Positions 43,031-54,119 of a DNA stretch of 64,000 bases are shown one piece after another. Location: the NCBI GenBank assembly GCA_965112155.1, contig OZ218102.1; one strand, given 5' to 3'. A program made the position numbers and the translations under genes. How positions within the stretch are numbered: position 1 is the stretch's first letter; every line of letters starts with the position of its first letter. The notes beneath the pieces were generated by a model. That model saw only the letters and a program-made list of their open reading frames with translations. It had not been told where the DNA came from and ran no database searches. This stretch comes from Podarcis liolepis (Eukaryota).

Positions 43031-43761
43031 GTAAGTATGCCAGCACTCTGTATACATCAAAGATGAAAGACTGGGCTGTGCTTGGTGGCAGGTTTCATAC
43101 TTTTGGTCACATTTCCAGCATACACATTTGAGGAGCCCTTCCTATTTAGGCTCCAGGTTCCACTGTCTCTCTTCCTCACCAAGAGCATTTACAGAAAAAC
43201 TCAAGGCTCTACCCTCCTTGAAAACAGAGGCTCACTATTTGGGGGCAAGGCCCAGGACTAAAAGGTAGAAGATACACGTCGCAAATAAGGTTCCAGGTTT
43301 GTTCCCAAGACTTTAGAAGAACTAACAATTCAGCCAAATGAGCTATGGGTTTCTATTCAGCATACATCAGCTGCCTTGTAGGTACCAAACCTTCTCCTTT
43401 TCTTCTCACACAACCTGATCACCCTTTCATCATGTTCTGAAAAAGGCCTCTCCCTTTCTGGTATGCTTCAAGGGATCATTAGTGCAGCAATCCAGTTTTT
43501 TTCCAGGGGCTGCAACATAGATTTTTTGCACCCCCTCCATCTTTCAGATTACTTCCATCCTGTGAGTTCTAAACTACTCTGTGTGATCCCTCCGAGGGAA
43601 GTGCTGGAGGTCAAAATGGGCCATTTCAGTGGTGGTTCCCTGCTTGTAGAATGCTCCTATGCCCTTTTAAAATGTGTGGGTTTTTTTGGGGGGGGGAGAG
43701 GTTATTGGGTTGTTTTTATTTTGATTATATATTTTGTGGTTTTATATTTTGATTTTGTTCT

Positions 43762-43830
43762 GTGAACTGCCCCGAGACCTCCAGGTATAGAGTGCTGTAT
43801 GAATTCAATAAATAATAATAACAATAATAA
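43762..43830 (+). mobile_element. L2-like LINE 3' end
   Basis: gtgaactgccccgagacc...gtatagagtgctgtatgaattcaataaataataa; similar ends at 26323-26383 and 20980-21046 (the latter with an (ATC)n tail). Confidence 0.6.
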
Positions 43831-44129
43831 TTTTAGACACCAGGCAAAAAATGTTTCCTTTTACCCAGGCTTTTGGCCCCTAATTTGGAATGTTTTAGGT
43901 GTTTGTTGTTGTTAGTATTGTGGCTACTGTTATTTATTAAATCTATGTACCACCCTTCAACAGAGGACCATAGGAAGGTTTACAATATGAAAACACAAGG
44001 ATACATACCATAGTAACAACCAAAAGCAATAACCCTCCCCCACCACTAGCACATTTAAAAGGCCATAGATAATTTAAATTTAAAAAATCCTTCCAGTAGC
44101 ACCTTAAAGACCAACTAAGTTAGTTCTTG

Positions 44130-44167
44130 GGATGAGCTTTCGTGTGCAAGCACACTTCTTCAGATAC
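44130..44167 (-). ncRNA. Second hammerhead motif copy (stem I mismatch)
   Basis: Reverse complement reads GUAUCUGAAGAAGUGUGCUUGCACACGAAAGCUCAUCC; core intact, AUAC changed to AUCC breaks one stem I pair. Confidence 0.7.
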
Positions 44168-44554
44168 ACTGAAACAGAAGTTGCCAGATCCTTCTATATA
44201 GTGAGAAGGTGGGGAGGGGTATTACTCAGAAGGGTGGTGGGAATGGGAGATTGGCAGATAGCTGAGATGAGCCTGTTGGCGACTCTTAACGACTGTAATA
44301 GGTCTTACAGGAAAAGGCAAGGGGTGAGAAGGTGAGAAATGGCTTAGTCATGTATAATGAGATAAGAATCCAGTGTCTTTGTTCAGACCAGGTCTCACCC
44401 CTTGCCTTTTCCTGTAAGACCTATTACAGTCGTTAAGAGTCGTCAATAGGCTCATCTCAGCTATCTGCCAATCTCCCATTCCCACCACCCTTCTGAGTAA
44501 TACCCCTCCCCACCTTCTCACTATATAGAAGGATCTGGCAACTTCTGTTTCAGT

Positions 44555-44592
44555 GTATCTGAAGAAGTGTGCATGCACACGAAAGCTCATAC
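44555..44592 (+). ncRNA. Minimal type I hammerhead ribozyme motif (PLE-type)
   Basis: GUAU-CUGAAGA-A-GUGUG-CAUG-CACAC-GAAA-GC-UC-AUAC: catalytic boxes, 5-bp stem II, 4-bp stem I, palindromic AGCU in place of stem III. Confidence 0.8.
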
Positions 44593-47188
44593 CAAGAACT
44601 AACTTAGTTGGTCTTTAAGGTGCTACTGGAAGGAATTTTTTTATTTTGACTATGGCAGACCAACATGGCTACCTATCTGTAAATAGATAATTTAATTAGC
44701 CAAAGGCCTGGGGGGAAGGATGTTAGGGATCCAGACATTCTTCCCTGGAAAAAGCATTCCACAACCAGGGAGCCACCATGGAAAAGGCCCATTTTTGTAT
44801 TGCCACCCTCCAGATCTCTTTTAATGGAGTAGGATGTGTTCAACCTGCTTTTTGCATGTGTGGATTCTTAAGTTTTTGATTTATTTTGGCTTTTATACCT
44901 GGCTTTAACGTTTGTATTTTGAACTATTTTGTTGCATTACAAAGTTTGTCAGTTGCTTCATGCCTCTTTTGTGAAAGAGCAACTAATAAGATTTAGTAAG
45001 ATTAATAAGGATAAAAATAAGAATACCTTGATGGTTTTTAAAGCCATATTCAATAGTACTCCTGTGTACCTGTCACCTGTGATCTGTACTAAAATAATAA
45101 GGAAATATGTGTATTTTCCTCTTCTCCTAAGGTTTTGCTATGCTTTAATCACCAAATATCAAAGCTAGCAAAATAACTATTCAAGTTAATGCAAGAATTA
45201 AAGCCAAATGAACATAACCGTCATCATTGGAGCACATAAAATGGAAACATTAAGAATTGCTTTATATTAAAATTGTGTGTGTGTGTCATAGTTACATTTT
45301 TCAATACTTTCCAGGCCACTGATCAGCTTAATATTCAATGAATTAATTTTTGCAGATTGTAAAAAGCACAGTAAAGTTAAATGAATTTTACACTACTTGT
45401 TTTCCAGGGTGAAATAACAGTGTTGCAGCACTGCTCAGTACCTCCTTGTATAGTTTGCAAATAACCCCAAAAAGTATTGCTGCTCATTTCTATTAGGTGG
45501 CACCTCTGAAATTTTGGTATCCTGTACTGAAGAATAAATCAATGGTGAACCACAAATTATGAATTAATGAAAGTAGAGTGGCACATTTTAAATGGCCCTC
45601 AAAATGGAGAACAGCCTTGCTATTATTTTTAATTTCCTTTATATTATATCTATAATTTGAATTCAGAAAGTAATTGTAAGACTTATTTTTTCGTCTCCTA
45701 ACATTTGAAAGCAACAACTGTAGTTGGAATTGCTGTTTTAATCACTGGGGTTTTTTGTTTTTAAAAAAAACAACAAAAAAATACCAAACAATCAAAACAT
45801 TCCAAATACCACATTGAGAGAGACAAAATACATAAGTGACCCACACGTCCCCATTACACACTGGAAATAATATATCTATAAATGCCAAACATATAGGATT
45901 GATTACAGCAACAGATTTGTGAAGTTAACCACAGCCATCTTTAAATATTAGAGATGATCAGTGACATGATGGCTAAATGAAGAAAATCCAGAATATCAAT
46001 ATAAAGTTCAGAATAACATAACTCTACAAAACAAAAAGTGAATGTGTTTTAGGTTCTTCTTGTGAGGAATTAATGATAGAAATTAAGATAGACCAGCTAT
46101 AAAATGTATCACTGATAATGTCGACTCTAACTACTCTGCAGTGTTGTGCTAGTTTGTTAACAGGCACTGTCTTCCAAACCTATCATGCCAGTTTTTCATA
46201 GTTAACAAGTGACCACTTCTCCACAAGACTGCAATCTCCATCTGGGCTGCTTTCAGGAAATTTATTATTAACGACTTAAACAAAACATTGGCTTTTGTAG
46301 ACTGTCTTTAGCCAGTGAAATTCTTCGTGCAAATCACATTATTACAATGATTTTTTTTTAAAAAACAAAACCTTAAGTAATAAATTGACAACTGCAAAGC
46401 ATGACCCATTCCCTGCTGGAAATTCCATAGGGCAACTTGAAGACCTTTGCATGCCTTCTTAGCCCTAAGCCCAGTGCACCAGTAAACTATTTGCTTGCAC
46501 ACCACAATAAATCGAACTATGGCTTCGTAGGACTACATGAACATAGAGGCTCCCAGAGAGGAGCTTGCAGCCACTTTGCTCTTCCACAATCCTTAGCTGA
46601 GTGTGTCATGGCAGTAAAGCCAAGGTTTTACTTAGTGTGTCATCTAAATCTACAGTTGGGGTTAAGCTCTTTCTTCCTTAACCACGAACAGTGGCCAATT
46701 TACATGTGATTGTTTAAAAGGAAAAAAGCTTGCTGTTTTATTTTAAAGAGAGGGCATTTATATGACACACCAGCTGCTGTCTCAGAAGATACCGTACTTT
46801 AACTCCTATATGAGAATGGTGGTTCTTCTCTTAAGATGGTGTTTTGTCATATGTGGTTTTCCTGGGTATAGTAAAATGCTTAATTTAATTTGCATTGCCT
46901 GATCAGTGATGCCTGTTTAGTTTATTAATTGACTCCTTAAGACTGTAGTACTATACACATTTACTTGGGAGTAAATCCCATTGAAATCAACAGGGTCTAC
47001 TTCTGAGCAGACCTTTATATGATTGCACTGTTAACTGACTAACCCATTAATGTTTTAGCCCTAATGTGATTTGTACAGTTAAATTTAATGCCTTATGAAA
47101 TTTATTAGATTTCACAATGTGAATTATTTTTACTAAGTGAAACTCACAACTTTTGTTCTCTGTTTTATCACTCTGCATAACAAAACAG

Positions 47189-47197
47189 ATTTAAAGA
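47189..47197 (+). CDS. PCDH15: PCDH15 9-nt microexon (Q-F-K-E)
   Basis: ctctgcataacaaaacAG|ATTTAAAGA|GTAAGT; frame-preserving phase 2 to 2; gives YKQFKERQAEC, matching recalled mammalian YRQFKVRQAEC. Confidence 0.9.
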
Positions 47198-48178
47198 GTA
47201 AGTATTTATTTTTGGCCTTGTTTCAAATGCATTACATAGGATAAATAAATATCACTGGGGATTGTGGCCGGAGGAGAGGGAGGGTGGCCGAGGAAAAATC
47301 CCAAGGGCCAGATGGAAAGAACTTGAGGGATACATTCTGCCCCCAGATTTTCCACCCTTTGGCTATTGCATGTTGAAAGCAGAGATCATATTGAAATACA
47401 GGTCTCCATATGCCACTTTTAATATTGGCTGAAGTATTCCTACCAAAAGCAATAAAGTTAAACTATGAAAATGGCATATATCAGAGTATGCCTAGATTTT
47501 AAAAGAGACAGGATAATTATATAGCCTGTATAGTGTAAGATGAGAGTTATCAAGATAGATTGATAAATAGATAGATAGATGTCGTGTTGTACTGCATGGT
47601 GTGTTTCTGTGTGTAAAGGAAGTGCATTTCCTTAAAAACTGCTGAATCTTGAACATGGCTAGGAATGACAGAGGAATGAATAGTATAATCGCCTTAAGAA
47701 TAAATCCCGGTGTATTTTCCTAACACAGACTAATCAATACATGGATTGTTAGGTCAGCAGTAACACACTGAGATAATCTGGTTTTATCTGCTCTGTAACA
47801 CAAATGCAGCATCTTTTCTTAAATTTACTTGGAAATAAGCTCCATTGAAAACATCATTCGCTTTCATGTTTAGGTATCTCAGGTATCCATTTCCAAGAGT
47901 GAGAGGTGATATTTAAAACTCTTTCAGAACTCTCACTAAAGGATATTTTATCATAACTTGAGTTGCATACAGTATGTCAGAAGCAAGTAAAAAAAAAAGT
48001 CAGGAGCCAGATTTTATTCTGCCATGTGGTGCATTCAAATTCTCTTCTTAGTATTGTCACCAATCACGAGGTGAAAAACTGCAACAAATATCCCTTTGGG
48101 GGCTGTTGCGGCTGATGTGTTCTTGGTGGGAGACCATGTGTGACACTCTCCATTTCCTTTCCATGTGACTCACCAAAG

Positions 48179-48289
48179 GAGACAAGCAGAATGTGCAAAG
48201 ACGGCTCGAATCCAGATGGCCTTACCAGCTGGCAAACCAGCAAGCACTCCTGCCCATAATCTCTATGAAGAACTCGGCGACAGCACCAT
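48179..48289 (+). CDS. PCDH15: PCDH15 juxtamembrane cytoplasmic common-region exon
   Basis: caccaaAG|...|GTAAGT; 111 nt phase 2 to 2; [36 protein letters not shown](M/I). Confidence 0.95.
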
Positions 48290-51272
48290 GTAAGTCCTCA
48301 GTGATGTTTGCGGTTTAAAATACTAGCAATTCAAAGTATAATTCTGATGCTTCAGAAATTACAGTTGACATTGCTGTGTAAATTCAAGAACAGGGAAGAA
48401 TTAACAAGCCACTCATGGTGGCTTAAACATCAAGGTTATGATCTATGATGGGGAAATGTTTTAAGCCTAGGGGCCACATTCCAACATGATCAACCTTCCA
48501 GACAGCCAAATACCAGTGGTGGGCAGAGCCAAAGGCAAAAATGTCCAAACCAACAGGTGTAACCCTTACCTTTGTACAGTGCTTTTTGTTTCTAGAAAAA
48601 TAGGTGCCAGTACTCACCATGATGTGGTTACTGTAAATGCCACACTTTTTAACAACAACAACGCGATGCCAGTACTGTGTACCCTTGAGTTCCCCCAAAT
48701 GAAAGAAAAGGCACTGCTTTTGTACAATAGGCAACAGGCTAGCCATGTAAAAGACAGGTTTCTGTGTTCCCCACCCACACTTTTCCCCACCCAAGCAAAC
48801 AAGAGATGTTATCTCAGTTTGGTAACACATCACAGACCAGGATCAATGAAAGACATGATATTATATATGAAAATGTGGTTTATAAATATTTAAACAAGAA
48901 ATAAATGTGACCTGGGGAAGATCCCGAGGGTGCATAGAGATCCATGGAGGGCCACATTCAGTCCCTGAAGTTGAGGTTGCAAAATGGCTTGGTCATAGCA
49001 ATGTTGGTCAATTCAGCATTGATTGTTTCTGGAACACATTTGAGGCCCAAGGTTACTCTGATTATACTGTCAACTGTGGTAAGAGATGCTATTACATCAA
49101 ACAATGCACATTTTTGCCCTTGTTCTTCTGGTAAGTCTTATAATCTAGTCCATGTAAACGTCTTTATGATGCCCCCCCCTTTTTTAACATAGGAAGAGTG
49201 TTTTCATTTGCTCGTTTGTTTAAATACAAGGCAATTATGAGAAGGATAAGTTTGCTCAGGGTTACTGGTGCCAGTTGCACCCAGGGAAAATGTATCTCAA
49301 ATAGCATCATATAATTTTCTCCAAAGCATTTTTTTAAAAAACCACTTTAACAACATGTTTTACAACAGCGTATCATTTCAGAAATAGTTTACAGCTTTTA
49401 AATGCTGGGCATGATCCAGCATTCAGTATCATCAATAGTGAGTTGGCTGTAGAAGCCTCCATGTGTGGGCATACCTGGGCAGCAATCCATGCCTTGGCAA
49501 TATCATTTTTTGCTACTATACCTTTTTTTCATGATCCGCAGCTTATTGGGTCTGGGCTACCCCTTCTGTGCAGATTATTCCTGCTTAGAGCTATGGTGAG
49601 AAGAGACAAGCTATGGTGGGAAGATTGCCCAGTCAGATCCTGTGCCAAGAAGGGTTGTTGCACCAATTTCTAGGAGTCACCACATCCTCGGACAATTGGA
49701 ATGGGGGAGATTGATAGCCCATGAGCTTTGTGGGTCCTAGCATTTCTCACAGGTCACTGTATCCCGAGTGACATGCCAGTTAATCTGACTTTCAGGTATC
49801 AGCAAGAGTCAAGGGTTGGTTATCAAGGCCCAGGGAAGTTGCCAGCCTAGGATAGAAAGATAGAAAGTGTGGTCAGAGCCAGGTCAAGTTCTAGGGAAGG
49901 GAGCTCAGGATCTGAGGGAGCAGAGCCAGTGATGTCATCAGAGTGGAGACAAAACAAGTTAAATCTGGAGGAAGCAAAATATGTCACAGCACCAGGATTC
50001 TGTACTGCTGCTTTCACTGACACGCTACTCACACTATGAAGCTGGTTCTGACACCAGGGTTTTATGGCGTAGAGTCAATCCACCATGGGGTCAGCTGTAA
50101 ATGATGGAAGTGATATTCAAGCAGGCTGGTATTTCAACCAGAAAATTGCATTCTTGACATACAAAACTTGGAACGTCTAGCTTGCCCAGGAATTAGTGCA
50201 TGGGTGATGCAGGAGGTAATCTTCCATTATTTAGTATGTGGCCGGATAAGTCCATGGCCCTGTAAGGGATGTGTTGCCATCCACCTGTACCACAGCATAG
50301 GAAGCTCTCTCCTTCTAATGGGTTGTGATTGTAGCTATATTCTTCAGAACTTCCTTACCACCCCCGCACCTCATGCAGAAGTTCTGGATAGTGCTCAACA
50401 AAAAATTTAAGGAAAGTGTGTGGTCACCAGGTTTAGGGTCTGTACATTTATGAATAGCACATGTGAATGAATTAATCTGTTGTTCTTTTTCAAGAGAGTG
50501 TGTGTATGTGTTTTATTAACTTCTGCATTAAAGTGGAAATTGTACGAAAGGTTATCATCACTATACTGACACTTGCCCAGAAAATGTCATTACTTATGAC
50601 ATTTCATAACATTTCAGCCTGTTTAGTCCTTAAAAAGTATTGAGTGCAAAATCCCAGTAATGAGGGAGGGAGAGTTTCAAGAGGGAGGACAAGGTTGTCA
50701 CAGGGGGTGAGGAACATGGTATGCATGTACAGAAGTTCTAATGTCCAGATATAGATCGGATAGAGCTCAAAATCCAAAGAGTCCAAAATCCAGCCCAGCA
50801 CTCTATGCAGCACTGGGAGCCAATTATGAAGATGGCAGTGGAATGAAATTGTTTTTAGAAATGGGACTTACTTCAGAAAACCTGCTGTGCCCAGAGAAGA
50901 TACTGAGAGACTTTGTGGATTAAGAACGCCTTGCTTTGCTTAACTGTGTTGTATTTAAACCTCATCGGTGAAATTGTTTTTGTGCAAAACAATAACTTGT
51001 ATCACTTCAGTAACTTCTTCAACTTGAAATTGAAGTGCCAGTGCTTCTGTGATCTCTCCAAATTTAAATGATAGGTGCTCTGAAGAGGACATCTGCTTCT
51101 AATTGCTTTTCTTATTTTCCCCGTATCACTCATTCTACTTGTTTTCTCTTGTTTTCTCATTGTTGGCTTTGGATTTACTCATAATATACACAACTATATA
51201 CATGAACTAACATTTCATTTCATTTCATTTCATGTCTCATTTCTTCCTTTTCCTCTGTCTTTGGACACATAG

Positions 51273-51278
51273 GCATCA
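51273..51278 (+). CDS. PCDH15: PCDH15 6-nt microexon (M-H-x)
   Basis: Branch-point ACTAAC (51206-51211), pyrimidine tract, catAG|GCATCA|GTAAGT; frame-preserving; yields DSTMH(H/Q), like the recalled optional mammalian MH(N/K) insert. Confidence 0.82.
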
Positions 51279-52708
51279 GTAAGTAAACTCAAACCATTGC
51301 GGGTAATATTGTAGCAGATGGGGAAAGTAGTTGATTTTTGTTACTGAGAATTGCAATTATTTCCTAGTAATGTAGTAACTGGAAGACATTTATTTCTAAA
51401 TCATTCAATGTACTACGTTCCAAAGGGAAGTAGGGCTAAGGAACTGAAAGCACTGTCATTGCACTGCGTGTGAAGACATTTCTGGTGAGTAGATTCTATC
51501 CCCTTCAGCTTGTTGGCACCTCTAAAATTTAGAGGCTGCAACCTGAAAATGTGCATTTACTGGAAGGCTCATTAACGCCAATGGGACTGATCGCTATTGA
51601 GCAGCTTAAGCTTTGCAATCATCAAATCACCAAAGCGTAGCCTTTTCATTTCACCATGTCTGCAGTTAGGCTAAGCCAAAATGGATTTGAGTTATAGGGA
51701 GCATAGAACATAGCCTGCCAACCACAGCTCCTGAAAAGCGCCTTGTTAGTGAAGTGAGCAGAGCTTGCACAGGAGTATCGCTTAGTGGGTTGACTCATTT
51801 AAATACAATTTCCATTTGCTCTTGCAAGCAGACCACATGGCACAACTGCTATGGGGATGCCTCTGAGAAGTGACTCATCCCACACTAACCCCGTAATCTT
51901 ACAACTACTCACCATATCAACACAGCAATAGACTCCTGATCCCACTAGGAATATGAAGCATATGCACAGCATGTTACCATAAATCCATGATGTTTCAGAT
52001 AGAACAGGGATTAACAGCTGTTTTGGTGACCATAAGGACTGTTCTAGCCCATTTGCAACACAAACATCCCAGTCCAGACCCTTATGTTTACAATAATTTA
52101 CAACTGAGTTCTTATTCATATAGGTGCCCCTATGCATATTGACTCGAGGGGCAGCTCTCAACATGAACCTGTCTCCTCCATTCAGATGAATGGTAAAGCC
52201 CTTTCTGTGGCTGAGTCCATGTGTACTTCAGGTCTCTGAAGCCAAAAGAAAGCACTAGACTGGGAACTTCCCTCACAATCTACTGTCCTGTCATTTTTAT
52301 TTCTTTGATCCCCACTTACTATAAGCAAGAACCTAGACACCATGTGCACTCCTTGAAATAGATCTCATACACAATGCCTCTTTGTCATGGCTTTTGAGCA
52401 TTCAGGAGAAAATTCAGATTTATAAAAAAGCATTAGCTTTTGAAAGGCATTTGTTTAAATTAACAGTTTACCTTATTTGCCTTCCCTTGGTAAGAGAAGT
52501 GAACCACTTCCCTTAGTAAATAAATAAATGTCTTGTGTTTGTAGCTTAATTACATATAGATTAATTACATGTAGCTCTAGATTCTTAGATATCCTTAGAA
52601 AGCTTTAGACGTCACTGTTTTTTGTTCACAGCATTCAGATTATATTTTCTCATTCAAATCAATGTCCATGCATGCTTCCTTACCTGTGATTATTTTCTTT
52701 CTTTCAAG

Positions 52709-54119
52709 TCTTTTTCTTCTCTATCAATTTCAACAAAGCAGGGGAAAAAAGTCAGTCTTCGAAGAAGGGGACCGTCAGAGGGCTATAAGCAGCTTTGCCT
52801 CTCGTGCTATTGAGGCCCACAAGCAATCTAATATCAATGGAACATTGAACAATAACTTCCCCAAATCTGCAAGTAATGTGACGCTTTTGTCTGATGAGAA
52901 CCCATTGACAACTCAGAACCCTCTGTACATGGAGGGTGCGACCCAGGGTTCTGCTTATTCTGGGGTCCTGCCAGAGAGAAAAGATTTTCTGTCCCCCTTT
53001 TCTCCCAGAAAGTTAGCCTTGAAAAATTCTCTGTTGGGATGGCCTTCGGGAAGCATTCATCGGGCGTGGACTCTACCAACTCGTCTTCCCAGAAGACACC
53101 TTTCTGATGCTTTGAGTAGGGCAGTCATTATGGACCCAGTTCAGTGGGAGCAGGAGAGAATCAGGGCAGAGAAGGAAAGGGCAGGGATTCAGCACCGCAG
53201 AGCCGACGTTGGCAGTCCAGTCTTCAAAAAGATCATTGGCACAAAGATATCAGTCAAAGAGAAAGCAAGGCAGTTTGAACAGCAAGCCCTGCAGGAAATG
53301 AAACAAGTGAGATCCCGAGATATGAAAAGTTTGCGTTCACCGACACATAGCAGCTGCACTCAGGATGGAGAGAGCTCACTTGAGTTGTCCACCGAAAGCC
53401 TCCTTCCATCTCCTGTCCATCTCTCACCTTCTTTTTCCTCCCTCAGTCCTCACTCTGAGGTTATTGAACTCGACACGTCTACTATACCTTCTGTGATCAT
53501 AACTCACCATGATGCTCCTGAACGTTTGTCCCCTCCACCAATTCACAAGCCCATTCCTCCTTCCTTTAGGATCAAAATTCCAGCTCGCCAAAATCTTTTA
53601 CCCTGTCAACCTACAGTGGAAGCAATGGAAATCATTCCTGATCCACCCAAAACCCCTCCACCGCCTCCACCACCTCCGTCTCCCCTCCCCCCACCACCAA
53701 CTCCTCCCCCGTTGCCACTTCCATTTCCTTCCCCTCCTCCCAGCCTTTCCTTATCGTCTTCTTCTTCTACTCTAAGCACTCAGCTCCTCTCCCCTGTAAA
53801 ACACACCAAGTCACCCTCCAAACAAGAAGTGGTCTGCATCCCTGATTTACCTGACCCTCCTCGCCGGGAGCTGAAGGGGATTCTTAAAAACATCCAGAAC
53901 TTAGCAGATATTGAAAAATCTGTGGCCAATATGTATAGTCAAATAGACAAAAACCACATCTTACCTAAGCACATCGCCAAGCTGAGGCCAGTTGCAACGC
54001 CAGAACCACCAAGTACACAAACGATGATTGAGACTGAGCACAGCCAGCAGAATGGAAACTTGAGCTGCATAGTGGAGGAACTTGAAAAAAGATTCCCATC
54101 GCAGTCCACTGCATTATGA
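52709..54119 (+). CDS. PCDH15: PCDH15 terminal exon, cytoplasmic domain CD1
   Basis: Within ORF 52662-54119; acceptor ttttctttctttcaAG| in phase 2; LFLLYQFQQSRG..., NPLY, polyproline tract, KGILK, EKSVANMYSQIDKN, ends QSTAL* (class I PDZ ligand; human CD1 recalled as ending QSTSL). Confidence 0.95.

Larger units (their letters stand above)
44078..44682. mobile_element. Penelope-like element (PLE) insertion with inverted pLTR duplication
   Basis: Arms 44088-44329 and 44393-44634 are reverse complements (4 mismatches in 242 nt); spacer encodes PGLNKDTGFLSHYT* on the - strand (GIY-YIG-type C-terminus); 13-bp TSD atagataatttaa at 44065-44077 and 44683-44695. Confidence 0.88.

Noticed and set aside
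44132-44590. Two near-identical ORFs on opposite strands (MSFRV...)
   Set aside because: By-product of the inverted repeat; they read the pLTR antisense, except for the final PGLNKD... segment.
49760-50960. Possible degenerate Gypsy LTR fragments
   Set aside because: No paired LTRs, TSD or coding remnant could be established by eye.
52662-52708. ORF start MSMHASLPVIIFFLSS looking like a signal peptide of a stand-alone 485-aa gene
   Set aside because: This is the intronic pyrimidine tract read in frame; the true exon starts at the 52709 acceptor.
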